Shown in pieces: positions 52,522 to 64,000 of a stretch of 64,000 nucleotides of DNA. The notes beneath the pieces are model-generated. The model saw only the letters and a list, made by a program, of their open reading frames with translations, made no database searches and had not been told where the DNA came from. Both the position numbers and the translations under genes were made by a program. Each line of letters opens with the position of its first letter. Positions within the stretch are counted from its first letter, which is position 1. Source of the DNA: Octopus sinensis (Eukaryota); NCBI RefSeq assembly GCF_006345805.1, contig NC_043005.1, forward strand, positions 93,930,001 to 93,994,000. The letters run 5' to 3'.

Positions 52522-53559
52522 GCTGCTCTTGGTTAAGGCTGATGCAAAAGCGGGTGTTGCTCCTTGGTCTGGCTGACACAGAGGAAGAGATAGAAAATTC
52601 TCTGTTATATAGGCTATGGTCAGTAATGTAAGTCAAACCTAAAACAAAGGAGTGACCTTTCCTTGACCAGTACAGGTCCTAGAGGGTAGAGTGTTTCCTC
52701 ATCAATCAACTAGTGTAGAGGATTTCCTGCTCGTTTTGACAAGCAACAAGCTGGTGGATTTGGTTTCAAATCTCAGGCAGGGTCAAGCTAGACCCCGACA
52801 TATGTATATATACATATATGTTAATTATTGTATGTATGCATATGTATATATATGTGGATGTGCATGTGTACATGTATGTGGGTTTATCCATTTTTGTGTC
52901 TGTGTGGATAACTGTATATACAAACGTATATGCGTAAAGGTGTTTTATCCATTTTACTACTCTTGTTTATCCATATCAAAGACCCATGTCAGCTGTTTAC
53001 AAACAACTTTAATTTCATCTAATAACCCTTTGAGGCCAAACCAGAGCATGCCTTCCCCTCCTCTTGCTTTGTTTTCTTCTTCTTCCTCTTCCTTATACTT
53101 CTCCCCTGCTTCCTTCCCCTATCCCAACCCTGTTAATGAGCTCTACATTATAAACTTAAACTTTTCACTCTCAGGCTGAATTTAGGTGAGTCAAGTCATC
53201 TGGCACAATGTCCTTTTTCTTGAGAAGTTCTAATTGTTAATTCTTATCTGTATTTCCCTGATGAAAATGGGTTTTCTGTATGATGTAACACTTCTGTTCA
53301 TCAATAAGAAAACACATCTGAAACAGCTGCGGTGAACTGCAATCCATCTTGGATCTGAAGTCTGTAGTTGATGGTGGAATAGGTGCAGTGAGTGTCCCCA
53401 TGTATGACATTGGTGACATGTGTTTTCTGTCAGGTACTTGTGAATGTATGGGTTCACCGTTGCACTATCACCAACCCTTCTTTGGTGCTTTTACTATTTA
53501 AATACCTGATTCTCTTGAATCCTGGAGATTTATATATATATATGGTGTGCTAGAGAAAT

Positions 53560-54285
53560 GACAGCGTTGGTATGGTCATGTGATGCATATGGACAAGGAC
53601 AGCTGTGTGAGGAAGTATTGTACTCTAATGGTGGAGGGAACCTGTGGGAAAGATAGACCCAGGAAGACATGGGATGAAGTGGTGAAGTGCAACCTCTGAA
53701 TGTTGGGCCTCACAGAGGCAATGACAAATGACTGAGACCTGTGACGATGCACCATGCTTGAGAAAACCCATCAAACCAAGCGAGATCAGTTGTGGCCAAT
53801 TCCAGTGTCATGTAACTGGCCCTTTAAAAGTACCCTTCAATTTTTGGACAATAGGCTGTGCTTGTGAAGACCTGTGAAGCCGAATGAAATTGTATTTGTG
53901 GCCATTGGCATTGCCAATGCCGTCTGACTAGCACCTGTGCCGGTGCCATATAAAAAGCTCTGATTGAACATTGGGCCTCATGGAGGCAGTGACAGGTGAC
54001 TGAGACCTTTGGCGATATACTGTGCTGTGTAGACCTGCCAAGCCCAGTGAAACCGTAGTCGTTTCCGATGTCAGTGTTAGGTCAATGGTACCCATGCTGG
54101 TGGCATGTAAAAAAAAACCCCACTACACTCTCAGCGTGATTGGGATTAGGAAGGACATCCAGCTGTGGAAACCTTGCCAAATCAGCTCGGAACCTGGTGC
54201 AGCTCCCTGGCTTACTAGCTTTCAGTCAAACTGTCCAACCCATGCCAGCATGGAAAACGGATGTTAAATGATGATGCTGATGATG
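53560..54285 (+). mobile_element. RTE-clade LINE 3' fragment, UTR and tail
   Basis: WYGHVMHMDKDSCVRK...GKDRPRKTWDEVVK; shared tail ending (tga)n. Confidence 0.75.
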
Positions 54286-54739
54286 TTCATATGGCACCAT
54301 GAGAGAAGAGAGAGAGACAAAATAAACTAGCAAAAAAGATTTTACTGCTAATTTTTTTTTTTGCTAGTTTATTTCGTCTCTCTCTCTCTCTTCTCTCATG
54401 GCATGATATGAGCATTTAAGGTGGTTTTAAGGTCAGGGTTTTGACTGCTATTTCAGCATGGTGGTATCTCTCAGATACCTTAAATTATAGTTTTAAATAA
54501 TTATTACCTTTGTATGGTATTTATTTCCATGCTGGCCACTTGATAAGATCGATATTATCCTTATTTATAACTTTATATATGTATATATATATTATGTACA
54601 TAAATTATTAGAGAGTTATCCACTATGTGGATAACTCTAGTGCTAAAAATAGCTCCGAAGCAACCACAGAAGATCTGTTTCCAACTAGAATCAACATACA
54701 TTTAACGGAAGGAAAGTGAAATACAACGAATAAAATATA

Positions 54740-54765
54740 TATATGTATATATATATATAACTTTA

Positions 54766-54797
<32 letters not shown>

Positions 54798-54832
54798 CAT
54801 ATATATAACTTTATATATGTGTGTATATATAT

Positions 54833-54863
<31 letters not shown>

Positions 54864-54921
54864 CATACACATATATATATATATATACATACACACACAC
54901 ACATATATATATATACACATA

Positions 54922-54981
<60 letters not shown>

Positions 54982-54988
54982 CATACAC

Positions 54989-55038
<50 letters not shown>

Positions 55039-55048
55039 CACACAACAT

Positions 55049-55103
<55 letters not shown>

Positions 55104-55203
55104 CGTATATATATGGCAGTGCCCCAGCATGGCCACAGCTTGTGAGCTGAAAATAAATAAAATTTTAAAAAATAAAAATATATACATATATATATATATA
55201 CAC

Positions 55204-55255
<52 letters not shown>

Positions 55256-55347
55256 ATATATATATACATATATATATACATATATATATACATATTATAT
55301 ATATATATATGTATATTATATATGTATATATATATGTAATATATATG

Positions 55348-55414
<67 letters not shown>

Positions 55415-55426
55415 GTATATATTATG

Positions 55427-55479
<53 letters not shown>

Positions 55480-55505
55480 GTATATATATATGTATATATA
55501 TATAA
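54740..55505. repeat. (TA)n/(CA)n microsatellite with an embedded ~80-bp repeat fragment (55113-55195)
   Basis: Seen directly. The fragment recurs inverted at about 56035-56120. Confidence 0.9.
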
Positions 55506-55972
55506 AATAAATATAAGAGAGTGGTCACTATATGGCTCACTCTAGCACCAGTTAATCCAAAAGGTTTCAACCACAAAAATACATGTTTCCCATGAAAGTC
55601 AGTACGATTGTTAGCTCACACGGACAGGGCAAATAAAAAATAACAAAAATACAGATTATTTTGGGACAATTGTTTCGCTATTAATGAATTAAATGTAATT
55701 TTACTTACAAAAAAATCCACTTGTAGCTTGTCAGCCAAAACTATCTGGATGAAATCCACTCAATCACACGCCAGATTTTACCATAACGATAAATACGCGT
55801 GTGGTTCAATTGATTACATCCGACGTTATAATTCAAATGCCCCAACTAACAGCGCGCCAAACTTTCACGGAAAACAAATACAGCATTTAGAAATAAATGC
55901 AGCATAATTATAATTAATTAATAAGGGTATACTATTAAATTAGTATCTAATTCTCTCACCCTTATTAATTAA

Positions 55973-56018
<46 letters not shown>

Positions 56019-56269
56019 GTGTGTGGCGCGCTATATATATATATGTATATATTTTTTATTTTTTAAAATTTTATTCATTTTCAGCTCACAAGCTGTGGCC
56101 ATGCTGGGGCACCGCCATATATATACGTATATATACGTATATTCAACAATAGTATTAAGGAATGACCCTGACAGGCCGTTCAACTCACTTGAAAGAGCAG
56201 CTAAACTCAAACCGCAAAATAGTAGTTATTCTGAAACTAAAGGAGAAATAAAAACATTTATCCCCTTCA

Positions 56270-56365
56270 ACTTTGTACTATGCATAGTTTCGACGTTTTT
56301 ACGTAATCGAATTTAATTAAATTAAATTAAATCCGTTTACGATTGGCTTGTCTCATCAGAAAAGT
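56270..56365 (-). ncRNA. Antisense-oriented sibling of the extended hammerhead
   Basis: Same core on the minus strand. The stem I base next to the core is T instead of G, giving a T.C mismatch. Confidence 0.65.
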
Positions 56366-56910
56366 AGCCAAAGAAAAGGAAAATATATACACACGAGGCA
56401 GCACCATCGAAGCTTCGAGTTTATATGTCCTAAATTTTCAAAATCCACCGTAACCGCGCCATCTACTCAGCAGCAAATATAAACTGCTGATACAATTTCA
56501 GAATTAGTCAAAAAATCATTAATTAATCAATATAAGGGTAGCAAAAAAATTCAAGAAAAATTTTCTGCAACCAGCGGTCAAGTGAGAAAGTAGAAATAGT
56601 CACAGACTATATAGTATATTCAACAATAGCATTAAGGAATGACCCTGACAGGCCGTTCAACTCACTTGAAAGAGCAGCTAAACTCAAACCGCAAAATAGT
56701 AGTAGTCGATTTCGAAAATTTAGGATATATAAACTCGAAGCTTCGATGGTGCTGCCTCGTGTGTATATATTTTCCTTTTCTTTGGCTACTTTGCTGATGA
56801 GACAAGCCAATCGTAAACAGATTTAATTCAATTTAATTAAATTCGATTACGTACACACACACCACATATATATATATATATACACATACACATATATATA
56901 TATATATAAT

Positions 56911-56955
<45 letters not shown>

Positions 56956-57224
56956 CACACATATATATATATATTATATATATATATACATACACACAAA
57001 CATATATATATATATATATATATAGATATATATATATATAATATATATATATATATACGTATATATATATATACGTATATATAAACTGCTGAAATTGTAT
57101 TAGCAGTTTATATTTGCTGCTGAGTAGATGGCGCGGTTACAGTGCATTTTGAAAATTTAGGATATATAAACTCGAAGCTTCGATGGTGCTGCCTCGTGTG
57201 TATATATTTTCCTTTTCTTTGGCT

Positions 57225-57320
57225 ACTTTGCTGATGAGACAAGCCAATCGTAAATGGATTTAATTTAATTTAATTAAATTCGATTACGTAAAAACGTCGA
57301 AACTATGCATAGTACAAAGT
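57225..57320 (+). ncRNA. Type I hammerhead ribozyme with a 55-nt stem II insertion
   Basis: actttg-CTGATGA-GAC-[55 nt]-GTC-GAAA-CTA-TGCA-TAG-TA-caaagt. 6-bp stem I, 3-bp stem II base, 4-bp stem III with a palindromic UGCA loop; predicted GUA cleavage at 57314/57315. Confidence 0.78.
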
Positions 57321-57941
57321 TGAAGGGGATAAATGTTTTTATTTCTCCTTTAGTTTCAGAATTACTACTATTTTGCGGTTTGAGTTTAGCTGCTCTTTCA
57401 AGTGAGTTGAACGGCCTGTCAGGGTCATTCCTTAATACTATTGTTGAATATACATATATATATACATACATATATATATATATATATACATATACATACA
57501 CACATACAGACACACACACACATATAAAAGGAGAGAGAGAGACATACAGACAGACTACCAGAGAGATAGACAGAGATGAATATAGGTCTATCAAATACCA
57601 TATGAAATAAATTCTTGATTTCTTAAAATTATTTCCAACCTTTGAGGATGTATCATAATTACCGAATGGCAATTAAGAGCAGCTCCACTGAAGAAGGGAA
57701 GATAATATCAAGAGTCAAAAGTATATAGACTTCTCCTTCATAACCTACAACCTGTGTTGAAATCTCTGTTACCTGTTGTTTAGAAGTATTTAAAAAGAAC
57801 TAAACTGAACCAACTTACTTTTTTTTTTCCCCTCCTCATAAGTGAACAAAAAGCCCTGATTTGACTAATGAATCTTGTAGACTATTTCATTTCATTTTAT
57901 ATTTATTTAAGTCCTGATTGATCCTCTCCTTTTATTGTCAA

Positions 57942-58310
57942 CTAGCAGTATCGCCCGGTGTTGCTCGGGTTTGTAAGGGAAATAACTATATAAGCATTTT
58001 TAGAGAGTTATAGCCAAAAAATAGCAAAAAAATGCATTAAAAATGGAAAAAAAATGATGGTAAATTTTTTTTAAATCGTTAACTCATCGTAGACATTTTT
58101 AGAGAGTTACTTCCCTTATATAATAGCGAAAAAAATGCATTAAAATGGAAAAAATGATGGTAAATTTTTTTTTAAATCGTAGACTCATCGTAGACACGTG
58201 CGCTAATACCCAGAAGGGCTCGATATGAATCATGACTATAAGATAGTGGGAGTAGTTAGGAATCTAAATCGTAGGAGACAGACACACAACTTGACTTTTA
58301 TATATAAAGA
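57942..58310 (-). mobile_element. Non-autonomous Helitron with canonical termini
   Basis: Minus strand A|TCTTTATATATAAAAG...cccgagcaacaccgggcg...CTAG|T, with an imperfect internal tandem duplication of about 90-100 bp. Confidence 0.8.
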
Positions 58311-58849
58311 TGTATTTGTGTCACTTTCTACCTCGCCATTTCTTTTGCCTCTTTATAATTGTAACCTTGGAATTGAAATGACAAATGCTATGAGTGATGT
58401 CATCTCCTCCATGGACGCCAACTACCTCAGCCAAATGACTGAAGTTGTGAAGATTTCTCAGCTATGTTCAGCCCCTCACAACAACTTGGGAAGAAACCAG
58501 GCCCCTGATCTTGATTTAAAAGCTTGAGAATGACCCTCCTATAATGGATATGGGACTTTCTCCCCCTCCTGGCCTAGAAGCACCATGAGAATGAGAATGG
58601 GATGATCATGAACTGCTTTGGTTAGATGGGGCTACAAAACTGGCCCCAACTATCTGTGAATAATGAGAAGTAGACCCTACTACAGAGCATTACCCTGTTT
58701 GCTCTCTGCTATCTAACCCCCATAGTACTATAATGGAATGGGTACGCTACAGTACAAAAGACCTTGAATTCAATAAAAAGGCAAAGAACTATAAAAAATA
58801 GGACACGGTCATAAAACTATCTTGTTTTGAAGGATCAAATTAATAATAA

Positions 58850-59043
58850 CAATAATCCTTTCTACTCTAGGCACAAGCCCTGAAATTTGGTGTGTGGAGG
58901 GGGGACTAGTCGATTACATCAACCCCAGCACTTTATTTCATTGTATTTATTTCACTGACTCAGAACTCAGAACATAGCAACAAACGAAATACCACTAAGC
59001 ATTTCTCCCAGCATGGTAACGATTTTGCCAGCTCTCCGCCTTG

Positions 59044-59094
<51 letters not shown>

Positions 59095-59300
59095 GTTTCA
59101 AATTTTGGCACAAGGCCTGCAACTTTAGGGTAGGGGTAAGTTGATTATGTTGACCCCAGTGCTCAACTAGTACTTATTTTATTGACTCTGAAAGGATGAA
59201 AGGCAAAGAGTTAACCTTGATGGAATTTGAACTCAATGTGAAATACTGCTAAGGATTTCACCCCATGTGCTAAATGATTCCGCCAGCTCACCACCTTACA
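58850..59300 (+). mobile_element. Two family A SINE-like fragments separated by (AAT)n
   Basis: gattacatcaaccccag...gaactcagaac and gaccccagtgc...aaggatgaaaggcaaag, as at 168-375. Confidence 0.6.
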
Positions 59301-59385
59301 TTGCTGCCATTGAATTTCTGGATGGCTTTGGTCTCTAGGGGGTGGGGTGGCATAGGAAGGAGACAGGCTGTTCAGTAGATCTGCT

Positions 59386-59387
59386 GT

Positions 59388-59428
<41 letters not shown>

Positions 59429-62400
59429 AATTATTGTATACAGTGCTCAGGTGCACCACAACTTGTCAGAAAGTGCATATAAAGTATATGCAGTAATGTA
59501 CAAATGTCTGGAAAGCGAACAATGTATGAATCAGATACATGCTTGTGTGTGTATGGAGGAGAGAAAATCAGGTGTAGTGTTGGCGAATCTCAGGAAGCAT
59601 GGAAGTTTTGAAGGATGCAGTGCTCCGACAACTAACAACTGATGCCGGCAGTTTGTTCCATGCTTCAGCAACTCTCAGCGTGAAAAAATGTTTCCTAAAG
59701 TCATGGGAGCTGTGCTGTTTTCTGACTTTGTAAACATGTCCACGGGTGCAGAGTTATTGTTTGTAAGATGGTTAATAATTTTATGGGTATCTGCCAAGTC
59801 AGCTGCCAGACGTCGGAGTTTCAATGTGTCCATGCCCAGGGAAGTAAGGCGTTCAGAATATGGCAAATGCCTGATGGAGGGTATTCTTTTGGTTGCACGT
59901 CGCTGAACAGCTTCCAGACAATTAATATCCTGGGCAAGATAGGGGTTCCAGACCGGTGATGCAAATTCCAGGTGAGGTCTTACCATAGCTATATAAAGCC
60001 GCTGATAGATAGCCGGAGAGTGGCTCACAAAGGACTTGGTGAGTGATGCCAAGACACCCTCAGCCTTCTTGGCAATTTTGGCGATGTGTTTTGCCCAACG
60101 CAAATCGCTGTCAACAATAAGACCCAGGTCATGTTCACACAAAGACTTTTTGAGATTAGTGTTGTGGAGGGAGTAAGTGGACGCTGGGTTTCTCCTCCCA
60201 AAATGCATGGTGGAACATTTGTCCACAGCCAGCTTGAGTTGCCAGTCCATGATCCACTGCTGCATTGTGTCCTGGTCTGCTTGCAATAGAGATCTATAGT
60301 GCACAGGATCTGACCTCTTTATTTCGAGGTACAGCTTGATGTCATCTGCATATTTCAGCACTGTGGAATTCTTTAAGTTGGCATCTATGTCATTAACATA
60401 TGCAACAAACAAAAGGGGGCCAAGAACAGATCCCTGTGGTACACCAGATGTCATCTCATAGGGTGAAGAGTGCTGTCCTAGAACTGTGACAACCTCTTTT
60501 TGGCCGAAAATAAAGGACTTCAACCAGTTATAGAGTTCGTCTCTTACACCCAACACAGAGAGTTTCACCATAAGTCTTTTGTGTGGCACAGAGTTAAAAG
60601 CCTTAGCAAAGTCTAGGTAAACCACATCCACCCAGGATCCACGATCAGTGATTTGGGTAACGTCCTCAAGAAACTCGATGAGTTGATTACAGCAGCTGGA
60701 GTTAGGAATAAATCCAAATTGTGACGGCTGGATGAGGCTGTGAGACTTCCAGAAGTTCCAGAGGATTTCCATCAGTTTGGCGATGCAGCTAGTAAGATAG
60801 TTGACAGGCGATGTGTGGTCACCTTTTTTGAACAGAGGGATAACACTGGCAGTTTTCCACTGCTCTGGAGTAACACCATTGTCAAGACAGAATTGGAAGA
60901 ATAGAGAAAGTTGGCTTAGAAGAAGGTACCCACCGTGTTTGAGAAGTAGGTATGTAACACCATCGAGACCAGGAGAGGCATAGTTGCGTTTATTCTTAAG
61001 GTGGCATTGTAGCATTGCTGGTGTAAATTGCATAGTAGATATAGAGTCCGGTGTCAGTGGTGATGAAGATGGAACATTTTGGTCTTCGACAGTAAAGATG
61101 CTGGCATAGCATCCAGCAATGATTTCTGCACATTCTTTGGGATTGCCAGTAATCTGTCCTGTGTGGGGATTGTGAAAGGGGACCAACTGGAGAGTGAGGT
61201 CTCTGCTTTGAGTGCACATACTTCCAGAACACTTTGCTGTCAGGGTTGGTTGCAATGCATTGTTCAAATTCAAGCACTGCCTTTTTTGTCACCTGCTTGA
61301 GGTGGTTGGCTGACCTATTGCGCTTTTTCCTGTTGATCTCTGATTTGTGCAATTTGTATTCCTGTTCAGCATCACGGCGTCCTTTCCTGGCAAGTTGGAC
61401 TGCTGCAGTCTCCCAAATTGCACTGTTGGGTGGTTTTTTATGCTTGCATGGTACTGATGCTGCACATGCCGCCCATATTGAATTCAGAATGTTCTAGAGT
61501 ATAGTGTCCACATCTCCAGAGGCATAGAATTCGAGCCAGTTTGGGTGTTGCAGCTCAGTACAATAAGAGCTCCAGTCTGCTTTATTCCAGTCAAAGCAGG
61601 CAGTTTGAAGATGGTTGTGTTTTTTGTTACAACCAATCAGAGACAAGTTGGCCATGATCATGGAATGATCAGAGTCACCTAAAGGTTCTTCAGTAGTGAC
61701 ACTAATGATTGTTTCAGGAGAAGCGGTAAGTAGCAGATCCAAAGTGTTGTTACCCCTTGTGGGGGAGGTAATGACTTGGGACCAATTTGAATTCAGCACC
61801 AGTTCAAGGAAATCGTCTGCACTTTGTGGCCAACAGAAGGCCTCCCAGTCAATCTCAGGGAAATTGAAGTCACTCGCAATATAAACATATGTGGCTGTTT
61901 TCATGGCAGCAGCTCTGAGGATATCAAAAAGCTGTGCGTCTTGATGATAATTTGGTGGGCGGTAAACAACTCCAAGCAGAACTGTTGACATGGTCATGTG
62001 TATATTGCAGAAAAATACTTACTGCTGAGATTGGTTCAAATCATCACAAGGGATTGCCGATAGATTTGATTGAACATAAACAGAGTGCAGAATGTGCCCA
62101 TGTTTCCATGACTGTGATGAAATCTGGATTGATACTTTTGAAGTAAGAGTCAAAAAGATGTACCTTGTTGCATAAACTACGAGCATTCAAGAACAGCAAT
62201 TTGTATCTGGATTTGAGATGATGATATACAGGGGATGGCTGATTGTTCTTGGATAGTTTCCCAAGATTTTTGTATTGCCAGTTGTTGTTGTGGGTGCAGT
62301 TTGCTCAGTCCAACTGGTATCCCTTATCCACGACTCACCAGAATTGATAAATTTCCAGATTTGCCCATCATCGCGGAGGCTAAATCTTTCCTGTGGCACA

Positions 62401-62729
62401 GAGTTGCGATTTAGGGAAGCTACAGATCTTAGCTTTGGGCGTACATCAGGTGGTAGGCCAGGACGTGTCCTAAAGGTGATTCTGTTTTCGCGCCGAGCCC
62501 TATCAGCAGCCAGATGGTATGCCTGCGCCTCAGTAAAGTTTGAAAACATCAGCCTGATCAGTCTGGGTTTGGTCGGCCAAGGCGGAAAGCACTTTTTGGG
62601 GGAACACAGCTGAGGTCCTTAGATGCGTTTCCAGTGAATGCCTGCAGATCTACCACATCTTCCGGCACTCCGATGGCAATTACCTCATGAGTGGCTGATT
62701 CAGCAACTTATGAATGCCAGTGAGGGAGG

Positions 62730-62760
<31 letters not shown>
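59386..62760 (-). mobile_element. CR1/L2-group LINE: ORF1 remnant and nearly complete but frameshifted ORF2, simple-repeat tail
   Basis: APE: VYRPPN, SDFNFPEIDW, LDLLLT, SDHSMI. RT: SPGLDG, QFGF, DFAKAFNSVPH, GVPQGSVLGPLLF, YADD. The 3' end adjoins the (AAT)n tract at about 59386-59426. Confidence 0.92.
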
Positions 62761-62764
<4 letters not shown>

Positions 62765-63399
62765 AAGATTTTGGTGAGGGTAGGTGCTTTGGGTCCCTGG
62801 GGAAACCAATACAAAGGCTAGTGGTGGCCATTATTGATTTCAAGCAGCCGGAGCTACATATTACAATTTAAAATATGTGTCTATATGTAAGTGTACGTGC
62901 GCGCCTGCATGTGTCTGCGTGTTTCTGAGCGTTTCAATTTATATGCAATTTATAGAGTTTTCCCTCAATGACTTCTAAAAAGCTCAAAAGAAAAAAAAAA
63001 TTACACAACACTATAAGACGAAGGGAAACAACTCTGTTAAGCACTACTAAAATATGTCTAACAAAATGAGGGAAACTATTCCGATTGTTGTGGATATTAT
63101 TTTACAGATTTTAGAAATGGGTATGTACGCACGATCGCGCGCGCCCACACACGGACAGACAGACACACTCACGTACCGCATGTATGTGTATCTGTGTGCC
63201 TATGTAAGTGGGCACATGCACATATATGTGAGTGTGTGCACCTGCATACACACATACAGGCAATCACACACACACACATTCACACAATAAGATAACCGTG
63301 AGAAAAGCTTGGTGTAAGTGACTATACATTTGTAGTCCTTGAGAAGGCCCAAGAGAAAGTTCATTGCTCTGTTATCTGGTAGTCACTAAGAATATAGAA

Positions 63400-63545
63400 C
63401 GCAAAAAAAGAAAACTGCATTGGTATAGGCATATAATATATATGGACGATGACAGCTGCATAAAATGCCGAGTGCTTATAGTAAATGATGAAAGAGGAAA
63501 ACCTAGAAAGACAGGACGAAATAGGGAAAGATGTTCATCATCACA
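63400..63545 (+). mobile_element. Short decayed RTE C-terminal fragment
   Basis: KLHWYRHIIYMDDDSCIKCR...RGKPRKT. Confidence 0.55.
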
Positions 63546-64000
63546 TACATTGGCTGCATTCGTCTTCTACTCTTCCTCTGACACTCCATCTTCTCTCACT
63601 GCATTCATCTATTGTGCCCTCATCACCTTGCCCCTCTTTTTCTCACTGCCTTTTCTTCACAGCTTCTCCACTGCTTAAAAAATATACACCTGTCAATCCT
63701 TTCGTCTCATTCTGGCCAACCTCCACGATTCCCCACCTATCTTTAACCGACTCTCTCCCTGTAGCTTGCATAGTTCCTGCTCACCCTCATTTCTATAGCT
63801 CTCTCATGCACCCTTCGACATACCTCATACTCCTTACAACAAGGGACACCAAACTAGTTCTCCTTTACACAACTCACCCCATCGTCCTTACCACCCTGTC
63901 GCTCTGTCCTGTTCATTAACCTTTGATATACTGCTCTTCCCCATCACCCTTCCATTACTTACCCCAACATCATCTCCTCGGTTACCTTCCTCCCACTACA

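Larger units (their letters stand above)
56136..57452. mobile_element. Cluster of a ~360-bp hammerhead-bearing unit: two full copies head-to-head plus two partial copies
   Basis: 56136-56500 is the reverse complement of 57091-57452. Partial copies at about 56612-56705 and 56706-56852. Junctions lie at (TA)n. Confidence 0.8.

Overview
Repeat-dense eukaryotic DNA. The SINE, RTE-tail and Helitron families look like those of octopod cephalopods (Octopus sp.); this is recognition from memory, not a database result. One host gene is supported on the minus strand: the N-terminal PH-domain exons of an OCRL/INPP5B-type inositol polyphosphate 5-phosphatase. Coding exon 1 is 44674-44618 and coding exon 2 is 15950-15871. 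They are joined by a 28,667-nt intron with a U12-type (minor spliceosome) 5' splice site (GTATCCTTTT) and branch point (TTCCTTAAC). The rest is mostly transposon debris: RTE and CR1/L2-group LINEs, a Tc1/mariner relic, autonomous-derived and non-autonomous Helitrons, tRNA-derived SINEs, a piggyBac-like MITE, three Penelope-like (GIY-YIG) fragments and long TA/TG microsatellites. The most unusual signal is a set of short non-coding units whose 3' ends lie in (TA)n tracts. Two families occur as head-to-head inverted pairs and carry type I hammerhead ribozyme folds, one minimal and one with a 55-nt stem II insertion. A third, degenerate hammerhead-like motif lies directly downstream of a Penelope RT/endonuclease. 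Several short local inverted duplications also occur. Most ORFs in the supplied track are microsatellite or antisense artefacts. A 100-N gap lies at 46119-46218.
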